32,000 bases of DNA, taken from Hyperthermus butylicus DSM 5456 (GTDB lineage: Archaea > Thermoproteota > Thermoprotei_A > Sulfolobales > Pyrodictiaceae). A model generated the notes under the pieces. It worked only from the letters and a program-made list of their open reading frames with translations, did no database searches and was not told the DNA's origin. Positions 9,485 to 20,572 of this stretch are shown here, piece by piece (positions within the stretch are counted from its first letter, which is position 1; each line of letters starts with the position of its first letter). The position numbers and the translations under genes were made by a program. The DNA lies in NCBI RefSeq assembly GCF_000015145.1, contig NC_008818.1, positions 90,001 through 122,000 on the forward strand, in the 5' to 3' direction.

Positions 9485-10088
9485 CGTATAGAAGGTTTAT
9501 AAGCCTCGTGGCCTCAGCTGGGTCAAGATATCCTTTGACAACCATTGCATGGATTATCTCACGTAGAGTTGCGAGACTGTAGAGCTTAACACCGTAATCT
9601 GCGAGTCTCTCAACAGCACCCTGCTCACGGTCTACAATAACCATGGCTGCTACTGGCTCAGCACCAGCCTCCCTGAGAGACTCCACGGCCGATGCGAGGC
9701 TAGATCCCGTGGTAGCAACATCGTCTACGACTAGTACACGACGCCCTTCAACAATCCCCTCCACAACCCTCTGTAGGCCATGCTCCTTCCTCTTGGGTCG
9801 GACATATGCTAAAGGTTTCTCGGAGAGGAGCGCGAGCCCCGTAGCCCAGATAATGCCTGCCGTTGCCACACCAACAACAACATCAACCTCCCTGACATCG
9901 TTAAGCTTTTCGGCAAGCATGCCTAGTACACGGCGGAACAGTTGTGGCTTCGAAGGCACAATTCTCATATCGATGTAGATAGGGCTTGTGGAGCCGCTGG
10001 AGAGTCTAAACTCTCCAAACCTTATCGCACCAGCCTCGACAAGCACATCAGCTAGATCTAGTGCATAGCTGTTCACGGCTTCCAGCAC
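9471..10088 (-). CDS. pyrE: Orotate phosphoribosyltransferase
   Basis: PRPP-binding motif [13 protein letters not shown], about 200 aa. It overlaps pyrF (16 nt) and pyrB (14 nt). Confidence 0.9.
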
Positions 10089-10729
10089 CTCTCAAGTCTC
10101 TTTTTCTGCTCCGCCAGAACCTTCTTAGCAACTTCGAGAGGATCCGGCGAGGACGTAATTAGTCTCCCAACTATCTCGTAATCAGCTCCTGCGCAAAGGG
10201 CGTCGCCAGGCTTCGCTCCTTGCGCGCCAACTCCTGGCGAGAACACCTTTACTTCCGGCAGCCTACTCCGCACAAGCGCTACGAGCTCCGGCATTGTTGC
10301 TGGCGCAACTACGCCCCACGCCCTGATCCTCCTCGCCACCTCAATATTGTCTTCTACGAGCTTATTGTAAAGGCTGGAGGCGCCTGGATGACTCATAGCT
10401 ACTACGAGCACCAGTTTAGTTCCATGTTCCTCCAGCGTGTTGGCCAGCTGGTCAAGTGCACCCTCCACCCCAACCACCGCATGCGCTATGAAGGCATCTA
10501 CGGCTCCGAGAAGAGGCTCCACGCTAGCAACCATGGTGCTACCTATGTCTGCAAGCTTTAGATCAGCAATCCATAGTGCGTCTCTACAGAGTTTACGCAG
10601 CCTATGCGCGTAAGCTGCACCATACCTAAGCAGCAGTGGAATGCCAAGCTTGAAGCCTGCAACCACCCTGCATAGCTTCGAAACTAGTTCCTCGGCTGGA
10701 TCACGGTCTATTGCAGCTACGAGCGTCAA
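10073..10729 (-). CDS. pyrF: Orotidine 5'-phosphate decarboxylase
   Basis: DLKLADIG catalytic motif (DxKxxD), 218 aa, first gene of the pyrFEBIKC operon. Confidence 0.85.
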
Positions 10730-10765
10730 GAGTCGACTCCCATGGAGGAAACATTACACAAAGGT

Positions 10766-10781
10766 TACATTTATTAATGTA
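10766..10781. promoter_or_regulatory. AT-rich inverted repeat with a TATA-like core in the divergent pyrF / PLP-enzyme intergenic region
   Basis: TACATT-TATT-AATGTA: perfect 6-bp arms around a TTTATTAA-like box A, 37-52 nt upstream of the pyrF ATG (10729). A second TATA-like element, CTATATG, at about 10812-10818 sits roughly 30 nt before ATG 10846 and suggests a near-leaderless mRNA. Confidence 0.3.
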
Positions 10782-10845
10782 GTTTGTGCGAGAGCGCTAA
10801 TAGCCGGACACTATATGCGTAACCGCCTCTCCTGGGTGTCCGAAA

Positions 10846-13459
<2,614 letters not shown>

Positions 13460-13560
13460 GCAAACCCTAGCACCTTTTAAACCACGTAGAATCCTCTATA
13501 CACAACAATACAGGCCCGCGAATCCCGTCGCGGAAACTACTCGCGAGTGGTGACTCAGTC

Positions 13561-13896
13561 TTGGAGCGGGATGGCGCTAAACGCTACTGGCTACTAGCCC
13601 GGCCAGGCATACTCCGCATACTAGCAATACTCTACGAGCACGGTCCAATGCCCTTACACCGAATACCAAGGTATGGTATGGGCGTAGGCACAACCTACCG
13701 AAGCGCAAGCGATGCAGCAATGCTCGGCTTAATAACACTCTACTACTGCGGCAATAGCAAATGCGCAAAACTTACAGAGAAGGGGAGACGGGTAGCCGAG
13801 AAGTTAGCAGAACTCCTTAAGACCCTGGAAGAGTTGGATCTAGTTAAGCCCGAGCAAGCTACAGCACAACATAGCAGTGATACAAGTGAACCATAA
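13561..13896 (+). CDS. Putative winged-helix DNA-binding protein
   Basis: 111 aa with a TTG start. ILRILAILYEHGPMPLHRI ... KLTEKGRRVAEKLAELL resembles an ArsR/MarR-like wHTH. The call rests on weak motif evidence only. Confidence 0.4.
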   Translation: MERDGAKRYWLLARPGILRILAILYEHGPMPLHRIPRYGMGVGTTYRSASDAAMLGLITLYYCGNSKCAKLTEKGRRVAEKLAELLKTLEELDLVKPEQATAQHSSDTSEP

Positions 13897-14003
13897 TACT
13901 GGTCCTCCCGTGTATAGATAGTACATCCTGGCGGCCGTTGAGGAGCTGTCGCCCTCTCCGAGTGGTGAGGATGTCAGCCTGGCCCCGAGGCCTCCTCACC
14001 CTA

Positions 14004-14291
14004 TCATGAGCACCTTGCATAAACCACTATGTTCTCAACCCTAGCACCTGGCAGCTTCGACTCTAGCACCCTCGCAAGCCCCTCGGCCGCCCCAACATCA
14101 TCTAGGTCGAATACCTTGCCGGTATCAATACAAACGACATTTACGTGCGTGTGCACGTTATCGTAGCGTGTCCCGCCATGGATACTAAAGCTCTTTATAA
14201 ACCCGAGCTTCTCGAGTAACTGGAGGTTGTTGTACACAGTGCTCGGGCTAATGTTTGGTATCTCCCTCCTAGCCCTCTCAAGTATCTCCAT
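14004..14291 (-). CDS. Fur family (ferric uptake regulator-like) protein; the annotated ATG lies inside the DNA-binding domain
   Basis: ISPSTVYNNLQLLEKLGFIKSF...GTRYD...HTHVNVVC is a Fur-type recognition helix, wing and dimerisation region. The frame stays open a further 44 codons upstream (to 14423) and encodes the expected first helices, YELKRHGYRVTAQRLAVARIVFETVKDHPSF. That extension contains no ATG, GTG or TTG. Confidence 0.65.
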   Translation of the reverse strand: MEILERARREIPNISPSTVYNNLQLLEKLGFIKSFSIHGGTRYDNVHTHVNVVCIDTGKVFDLDDVGAAEGLARVLESKLPGARVENIVVYARCS

Positions 14292-14652
14292 AAAGCTTGG
14301 GTGATCCTTAACCGTCTCAAATACTATACGCGCAACAGCTAGCCTCTGCGCCGTAACCCTATACCCATGCCTCTTTAGCTCGTAACCACGTTTGTCAGTC
14401 TTTCGCCGACCTCTGGACTCGAATTACTTATTATTGCTCAACGCTCTCGTCATGCTCCATCACTGTCTACCTCACACAGTCCCGCAGGATATGTGAAATA
14501 TGTTCCTACTTATAATTCTTTCTAGTTCGTTAATAGTACATTGTTCACCATAGGCCTCGGCTAAAGGAATTGTCCACATCGCCCCGCAGGGCTCCGGGCT
14601 GGGGAGTACTCCTCATAGGCCTTGGCGGGGAAAAGTTATGTTGAAACTGCTA

Positions 14653-15522
14653 CTATCGTAATCCAGCTATAAACTTGAGGATATCTGTCCTAGTTATTAT
14701 TCCTATTGGCTTGCCCTCAGAGTCCGTGACAACGAGCCTACCAATGTCACGCAGGTTCATGAGTTCTATTGCATCGCCTATGTCCTCGTCGCTTCTTATG
14801 GTTATAACTGGGAATGACATATATTCCTTCACAGTTGCATCGATACGGCCTTCGGCAACAGCTTTTGCAATGTCAGTTTGAGTTATGATGCCAATGAGGC
14901 GTCCACGGCTATCTATTACTGGTAGTCCTTTAACCCTCCTCTCTATCATGAGCTTTGCAGCATCCTTTATCGTTGCATCCGGTTCTATGGTTATAATATT
15001 GCCTATTGATGCAATTTCGCCGACAGGAATTCTTGGCACGCTTATAAGCCTTGTAATCTTAATGCCTATTTGCTTTGTTGCTAGATCTATGTGCGTCACC
15101 TCACCCTCTATGCGCACATTAGCTATCTTTGTTGGACCAATTTCAACCTTATCGCCAACGTTGATCTCGCCGCGAATCCTACCCTGCACCCTTAGTATGG
15201 CCCTACAGCCTTCCGGGTTTAGCATATCTAGAATCTCTATGGTGGTAACAGGTATGTCTAGCTCTTTACCTGCCTTCTTCAGTTTGACCGGCAGCTGGAC
15301 AGGTATACCCCTGATAATCTCGTAGGCCTTTAGGGTCGGCATATAGCCGCCAGTGGGCCCAGTCTTAGATTCAACTAGACCTAGGCTCTTAAGGCTGAGG
15401 ATGATGTTGCGTACTGTGCCCTCATCCTTGTTTACTAGCTCCGCTATCTCCTTACTCTTAATGAGTCTTCTACGCTCATCGTAGAGCCTTATGAGTGCCT
15501 CGAGCACCTCACGCTGCGACAT
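14653..15522 (-). CDS. Transcriptional regulator with an N-terminal wHTH and a C-terminal CBS domain pair
   Basis: MSQREVLEALIRLYDERRRLIKSKEIAELVNKDEGTVRNIILSLKSLGLVESKTGPTGGY is a wHTH. It is followed by two CBS repeats (VKGLPVIDSRGRLIGIITQTDI and IGRLVVTDSEGKPIGIITRTDIL). I start the gene at ATG 15522. The ORF-track start at 15666 adds 48 aa encoded by unusually AT-rich, promoter-like sequence. Confidence 0.75.
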   Translation of the reverse strand: MSQREVLEALIRLYDERRRLIKSKEIAELVNKDEGTVRNIILSLKSLGLVESKTGPTGGYMPTLKAYEIIRGIPVQLPVKLKKAGKELDIPVTTIEILDMLNPEGCRAILRVQGRIRGEINVGDKVEIGPTKIANVRIEGEVTHIDLATKQIGIKITRLISVPRIPVGEIASIGNIITIEPDATIKDAAKLMIERRVKGLPVIDSRGRLIGIITQTDIAKAVAEGRIDATVKEYMSFPVITIRSDEDIGDAIELMNLRDIGRLVVTDSEGKPIGIITRTDILKFIAGLR

Positions 15523-15662
15523 TGTTAGCTTGTAAGGCCCCACGTTTCCCAAGCCCCTTCCCTTCCTTTCCGAGAGAATATAACCGGACTCAACTCCTCT
15601 GCGTTCACAGTCTAAGAATGTTCCAAATATTAGTTTTGTCGTGGATATGTTATGATATGTTA

Positions 15663-17039
15663 TCATGTCGAAGCCTTTCCAGTAGTCCCTCCCTCCTCGT
15701 AGGGTACAACTAGGAGGGTTACACCATCCTTGCCTACAACCCTCACCTTTTCATCCCTCCGTATAATTCGACGACCAACGTTCCGCGCTTGCCAGTACTC
15801 GCCCTCAACCATGACGAAGCCTGTGCCGCCTGGCGGCATCTCATCTATTGCACGACCCTGTTTGCCAACGGGTAGTGGCATATAGACGGGCTTCCTTCTC
15901 CAAGCCCTTGCAGCCTTATAGACGACTATACCCATGAGCCCTGATAGGGGGACTATCACTGCTATTAGTATGCGCTGCGCCACCCTGAGGCTCTCCCCCG
16001 CAATATACGTTGGCTTGCCCGTGAACCCTATCAACACACCTAACAATGTCAGCGCTATACCTGTAAAGCCTATTATGCCGAAGCCTGGGGTGACGAAGAG
16101 TTCTACACCTATCAGTATTAGACCGAAGAGTATGAGTGCAGCTGCTGCAAGGCTAGCAGCGAGGCCGAACCCTATGAAGCTTAGGAGTAGAAGTGCTATC
16201 GCCACCACGGCTAACTGGAGGGTTCCAGAGGCTAGTGCAACTATGAGTAGGAGTATGCCTATGCTGGAGAATATCGAGCTTACGAGGGGGTCTGAGAGGT
16301 AGTGGAGTATCCGTTGGCCGAGCGGCATACTGTAGTACTCTACTACGGGGTCATGGAGCACTATCTCGGTCTGCCCGGAAACCATGTTTACCTTTGACCC
16401 ATTAATCTTCGCTAGGAGATCGTGAATGTTTACAGCTACTGCTTCGACTACGTGAATTTTTACGGCTTCCTCAGCTGTTAAGACGAGGTTCTCATAGACA
16501 AAGCGCTTCGCAACCGTTATATTACGATTATATAGCCTCATACACGCCTCTATCTTCTTGTACACTGGGTTCAGCATCTTGGACTCGTTTATTGGTTGGT
16601 AGGTACCCGTAGGGGTTAATGCTACGGGCTGGACAGCACCTATAATTGTTCCGGGCTGCATAGCTGCATAATGGCTACACATTAGTATCATTGTGCCCGC
16701 GCTAACAGCCCAGCGCTCAACAACAAAACCTGCGACAGGTACGGGAGACTTTGATATAGCTTCAGTAATGCAGAGTGCTGCGTCAAGGCTCCCACCGGGA
16801 GTGTTTAGTAGTATTACGAGGAGCTTAGCGTGAGACTCGTGAGCGTAGGTTATCGCGTCATTCACATAGTTACACATAGCGCTATCGATAACGCCATAAA
16901 CCTCAGCTACAACCACTAGGTCGCCGGCTGGCCTCGCCATGGAGGAAGCTGCCAGCAGTGCTAGACCCAGGACTATGACGAGTACACCAGCTGCAATCAT
17001 CGAGGTGCGCTGCCTGTAGACACCACGCCCCAAATTCAT
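15663..17039 (-). CDS. Membrane-bound serine protease, long NfeD / ClpP-class (stomatin-operon-partner type)
   Basis: N-terminal TM segment, then a ClpP-like domain (LLNTPGGSLDAA ... AVSAGTMILM), a central block of about four TM helices, and a C-terminal NfeD OB-fold (GFVMVEGEYWQARNVGRRIIRRDEKVRVVGKDGVTLLV). Confidence 0.85.
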   Translation of the reverse strand: MNLGRGVYRQRTSMIAAGVLVIVLGLALLAASSMARPAGDLVVVAEVYGVIDSAMCNYVNDAITYAHESHAKLLVILLNTPGGSLDAALCITEAISKSPVPVAGFVVERWAVSAGTMILMCSHYAAMQPGTIIGAVQPVALTPTGTYQPINESKMLNPVYKKIEACMRLYNRNITVAKRFVYENLVLTAEEAVKIHVVEAVAVNIHDLLAKINGSKVNMVSGQTEIVLHDPVVEYYSMPLGQRILHYLSDPLVSSIFSSIGILLLIVALASGTLQLAVVAIALLLLSFIGFGLAASLAAAALILFGLILIGVELFVTPGFGIIGFTGIALTLLGVLIGFTGKPTYIAGESLRVAQRILIAVIVPLSGLMGIVVYKAARAWRRKPVYMPLPVGKQGRAIDEMPPGGTGFVMVEGEYWQARNVGRRIIRRDEKVRVVGKDGVTLLVVPYEEGGTTGKAST

Positions 17040-17099
17040 GTCACAATACCCTCTATAGTCTCCTGGGTCTGTCCTACTGTGCTACAGTACTTACCCCTC

Positions 17100-17351
17100 T
17101 TATTCTAGTAGGCGTTTAAGCAAGGCAAAGAAGATGAGTGCTAGGATTGCTATGAGTACTGCCTTAAGGATTAGCACTACTAGGCGTAGAAGCAGCTCTA
17201 CAACAATATATGCAGCAGGCAGAGCAATAGCTCCCAGGAGCGCGTAGACTGGTATCCTCTCGAGGCTCCGTGCCCGGGAGGCGTAAGCGTAGAGGATGCC
17301 GAGAATAGCGCCCAGGAGGGCTAGTACTACGAGAAAACCACTGCCGGGCAA
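17100..17351 (-). CDS. Small hydrophobic membrane protein (hypothetical)
   Basis: 83 aa with two or three predicted TM helices (FLVVLALLGAILGILYAY, ALLGAIALPAAYIVVELLL, VLIAILALIFFALL). It is on the same strand between the RHH gene and NfeD. Confidence 0.45.
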   Translation of the reverse strand: MPGSGFLVVLALLGAILGILYAYASRARSLERIPVYALLGAIALPAAYIVVELLLRLVVLILKAVLIAILALIFFALLKRLLE

Positions 17352-17389
17352 GAAACCTACCCGGGAGAATACATGTGCTAGGAGCCCTC

Positions 17390-17587
17390 TTAGACCGTTA
17401 TCCTTCTAGGTTGCCTTGACAGCTCCAGCCCGGTTGGGTGCTCCGGTATCCCCCACAGCTCACGCTTAAGCAGCTCCCTCACAGCAATCCTTATGGCCTC
17501 GCTCCTGCTGCTATATCTGCCCATCTTGACGAGTTCATCCAGGCCTTCCAGGTAGGTTTCGGGCATCTTGACCGTTACGAGCCTCAT
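17390..17587 (-). CDS. Ribbon-helix-helix (CopG/Arc/MetJ-like) DNA-binding protein
   Basis: 65 aa. VTVKMPETYLEGLDELVKMGRYSSRSEAIRIAVRELL follows the canonical RHH pattern of beta strand, helix A, then helix B with SRSE.IR.A. Confidence 0.75.
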   Translation of the reverse strand: MRLVTVKMPETYLEGLDELVKMGRYSSRSEAIRIAVRELLKRELWGIPEHPTGLELSRQPRRITV

Positions 17588-17744
17588 TGCTGTGTCTCAC
17601 CGGTGTGTTATCTTGTAGGGTGTCGGCGAGGGTTTAAGCTAGGGGGAGGTGTGTTACCTCTTCTACTGCGGCCAATGCTTCGGGTGGAGATGTGCCTGAG
17701 GAGTGGATCCACCCCAGGAGTTGGATGGGCTCTGGGCAGGCCGG

Positions 17745-18122
17745 CTACAGTTCGTCAGGGAAGAATGGTGGCTTCTCAGCAAGGTCTATGATTGGTATTG
17801 CGACCCATCCCGGTCTAGTGCTCTTCGATAGCTCCACATGTTCTCCTTGATCGTCGACCTTCACCAACAAATAGTTGCCATCGCCCAGTCTTCCCTCATC
17901 ATCGACGTAGTAGTATAGCATGGGTAGGCCATAGAGCTTGTAGTAGTCCCTTAGAACTGCTATGATACCATACACCTTACCTCCGTTACGGCTAGGGAGG
18001 CGTACAAGGTAGGCTGGCTGGCCAAGGGTTATAATGCTGGCAGCTATTCTTGCAAGGTCATGTATTCCCGATACCTTCACGGGTATCAGTTTCTCCTCGC
18101 TACTAGCCAAGGACTGGTTCAC
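17745..18122 (-). CDS. Hypothetical protein, 125 aa
   Basis: Clean ORF with normal composition, divergent from the GPN GTPase gene across an 84-bp spacer that contains an AATAATAAG box. I do not recognise the family. Confidence 0.5.
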   Translation of the reverse strand: MNQSLASSEEKLIPVKVSGIHDLARIAASIITLGQPAYLVRLPSRNGGKVYGIIAVLRDYYKLYGLPMLYYYVDDEGRLGDGNYLLVKVDDQGEHVELSKSTRPGWVAIPIIDLAEKPPFFPDEL

Positions 18123-18206
18123 CCCAGGCTAGGCCGGGACGGCCGCGGCAATAATAAGTGCTAGTCCCCGCGGGGACACTGCGAGAGACGTAGGGGAGTA
18201 GGTGGG

Positions 18207-18999
18207 ATGTACTACGTTGTTGTGGTGGGACCGGCTGGTAGCGGTAAGTCCCACCTTGTCGATGCATTCGGAGACTGGCTAGAGTTTAATCAGCTCTCGG
18301 TCGCCCGGGTAAACCTCGACCCTGCTGCTGAGTGGCTTCCCTACGAACCGGACGTTGACGTCCGCCACTATGTTGAGGCTAGGAGCGTGATGGAGAAGTA
18401 TAAGCTCGGTCCCAACGGCGCCCTTATAGCGTCGATAGACATGCTTGTAAACCATGTTGAGATTATACGCTCGGAGATAGAGTCTACGAGGGTAAACTAC
18501 GTTCTCATAGATACGCCTGGTCAGATGGAATTATTCGCCTTCCGGGACACCGGCCCCTATCTCTTGAGGGAGATCATCGGGGAGCATAGGGCTGTAACAG
18601 TATTCATTGTAGACGCTGTATTTGCATCAAACCCCAGGAGCCTTGCGTCAAGCCTCCTACTAGCACTCTCCACGAGGCTTCGGCTCGGCCTGCCACAGGT
18701 AAACGCTATATCCAAGGCTGACCTCCTAAAACCTGAGCAGATGGAGAGCATAGAGGAACAGTTAAACAGCCCCGACACTCTCTACGGCGTCCTCGTGAGT
18801 GGGGGGTGTTGACCCGTTAATGGCTGAGGCTGCAATAAAGGCGCTTGAAGCCCTCGGCCCAGAGCCTGGCATGGAGGCTGCTATAAGGTTCGTATCATCG
18901 GTATCGGGTTACGGACTCGACGACCTTTACGCGACAATACAGCAAGTACTGGCAGGCGGAGAGGACTTCTACACTGAGGAGCCAAGCCCACGTCTCTAA
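18207..18999 (+). pseudogene. GPN-loop GTPase (PAB0955/Npa3 family) split by a +1 frameshift in a G6 run
   Basis: P-loop VVVGPAGSGKS, GPN motif KLGPNGALI, LIDTPGQMELF and NAISKADLL lie in ORF 18207-18812. The family's C-terminal part (IRFVSSVSGYGLDDLYATIQQVL) lies in ORF 18799-18999, one frame over. The junction is AGT GGG GGG TGT TGA, with the G run at 18801-18806. Deleting one G gives a continuous ...VLVSGGVDPLMAEAAIKALE... Confidence 0.85.
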
Positions 19000-19001
19000 T
19001 T

Positions 19002-19454
19002 CTACTCTCTCCTACGCCGATAATGTGGTGTAGCACGGTTAGCATCGATTATGTGCATAACCTTGTAGCCCATGCTAGTGAGCGTGTCTGCAATGAATCT
19101 CCGGTGGCAACGAAACCACAGCCTCTCCCTGCACATGACAGCTACGGGTCCCCTAGCAGACTCCACTACCTTGACAAGCATCTCTATACCACGTCTATAC
19201 CCCTCACTCTTCATATATTCCTCGTAGCCTCTAGGCCGAAACCCGCCCAGGACCTCGCCTAGCCAGATATAGCCTATACCATGCACGGGCAATAGCTCCA
19301 TGAGCACCTCTCGTCGAAACCATGGTACGCGACGGCTCGTTGGAAACCTCCTCACATCAACTACTACCTTTACCCGGTACAGTTTTAGCAATGATATCAA
19401 CTCGCCAAGGGTTCTATTACTATGACCGACAGTATACACTAGTCTCCGAGGCAT
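19002..19454 (-). CDS. DUF488 family protein
   Basis: LVYTVGHSNRTLGELISLLKLYRVKVVVDVRRFPTSRRVPWFRREVL...IGYIWLGEVLGG matches the DUF488 consensus (T.GHS ... vDVR..P.S ... Y ... LGG). Its start overlaps the upstream gene's stop by 16 nt. Confidence 0.75.
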   Translation of the reverse strand: MPRRLVYTVGHSNRTLGELISLLKLYRVKVVVDVRRFPTSRRVPWFRREVLMELLPVHGIGYIWLGEVLGGFRPRGYEEYMKSEGYRRGIEMLVKVVESARGPVAVMCRERLWFRCHRRFIADTLTSMGYKVMHIIDANRATPHYRRRRE

Positions 19455-20356
19455 AATAGGGCACGCTCAACAGCATCCATCGCGCTCCGTCCAAATACAT
19501 AGATTACTGGTTCAAGATTTATACCGCCACGGTCAGCTATAACGTCCACAGGATCTCTCTGCTTCTCCAGCACCGAAGCTATATCCTCGAGGAGCTTCTC
19601 TGGCGACTCGTGGGGCCCTGCCTCTATTACCCGCAGACCAGTCCTCCTCAACTTCTCGATACACTGCTCGCTGAAAGCTATCACCACGGCTGCCCTGCAG
19701 TCGGACCACTTAGAGTAGGCTAGGAGGAGTATCGAAGCTGTATGTTTGCTACCGCCATACGCGGGAAATCCAACTATGGCAACTTTATCTCCGACCCTCA
19801 CTATTGCACCTGTTAGACCGACAACCTCAGCTATAGTCTTAGCTTGGGGTTTCGCAGCTACAATGTTTGAGCCAACGTATGGTACGAGTTTCTCCACACC
19901 AGGCCTCGACGCGAACAATTTCGCAGCCTCTTCAACCTCCTCGATGTAAGGGTCCCGGCCAGGTTTGAACAAGTTCATGCATATGTTGCAGGTTACAGGG
20001 AGCCGAGGATCCAGCCTCCTATGGAAGCTGCAGAGTGCACCTCTCGCCAGCAAAGTGTTGATGTAGCTAGTAAACAGTTCCATGTAGCCAGTATAGTTTT
20101 GCAGTATAAGCCTCGCAGCAAGGATAGATACTATAGAGCGTACCTCATCGATATCAACGCCTATCTCGCCAAGCTCCTGTAGAATATCGTCGAATCTTCG
20201 GCGCAGATACCTACTAACTAGGGGCTGTGAGACACCAAGAAGCCTGGCTATCCTCTCCTGGCCTAGCCCTTGCCTCCGCAGAGCATGTGCTACAAGAGCC
20301 CTAATGCCCGGTATGAGGTAGCGGGCAACAAGCTCGTGAGGCACCACCCTCCACAA
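19439..20356 (-). CDS. HTH domain fused to a ThiN-like (archaeal thiamine-phosphate synthase family) domain
   Basis: N-terminal HTH: LGQERIARLLGVSQPLVSRYL. The C-terminal roughly 170 aa (VPYVGSNIVAA...GGSKHTASILLLA...DRGGINLEPVIYVFGRSAMDAVERAL) resembles ThiN domains as I recall them from archaeal HTH-ThiN and ThiD-ThiN proteins. Not verified by search. Confidence 0.5.
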   Translation of the reverse strand: MWRVVPHELVARYLIPGIRALVAHALRRQGLGQERIARLLGVSQPLVSRYLRRRFDDILQELGEIGVDIDEVRSIVSILAARLILQNYTGYMELFTSYINTLLARGALCSFHRRLDPRLPVTCNICMNLFKPGRDPYIEEVEEAAKLFASRPGVEKLVPYVGSNIVAAKPQAKTIAEVVGLTGAIVRVGDKVAIVGFPAYGGSKHTASILLLAYSKWSDCRAAVVIAFSEQCIEKLRRTGLRVIEAGPHESPEKLLEDIASVLEKQRDPVDVIADRGGINLEPVIYVFGRSAMDAVERALLCLGD

Positions 20357-20572
20357 ACCCCTCCGCTAGGCTCTCATAACGCTCAGGCTAGCCAGCTAGA
20401 TAGACCTCGGACTAGTCTTAGAGGTAGAGAGCCGCTTCTAAACCTACACCTCTACACAGCTATAGCCCGCTAAAAATCGGGAAGATAGAATGCAACAATA
20501 TACAGCCACTCTTGACGGGGAGGAGGACGTGCAATTGAGCTGTACCGTGTAAAGGGTAGGTCTTTAGCCTAG

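Noticed and set aside
8047-10561. Plus-strand ORFs inside pyrI, pyrE and pyrF (8047-8424, 8255-8545, 9643-9978, 10220-10561)
   Set aside because: They are antisense to genes with unambiguous catalytic motifs and contain no motifs of their own.
14675-15325. Plus-strand ORFs of 68 and 146 aa inside the CBS-regulator gene
   Set aside because: These are Ser/Ile/Met-rich antisense shadows. The minus frame contains clear wHTH and CBS motifs.
15523-15666. 48-aa N-terminal extension of the CBS-wHTH regulator, with an ATGA overlap with NfeD
   Set aside because: The extension is encoded by conspicuously AT-rich, TATA-like sequence and lies upstream of the conserved MSQREVLEAL start of the wHTH. It is kept as an alternative start only.
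18795-18812. Programmed +1 ribosomal frameshifting in the GPN-loop GTPase
   Set aside because: The shift site is a plain G6 homopolymer. The stop codon lies one codon beyond it rather than at it, and I see no stimulatory element. An indel or sequencing error is more parsimonious, but this cannot be excluded without data.
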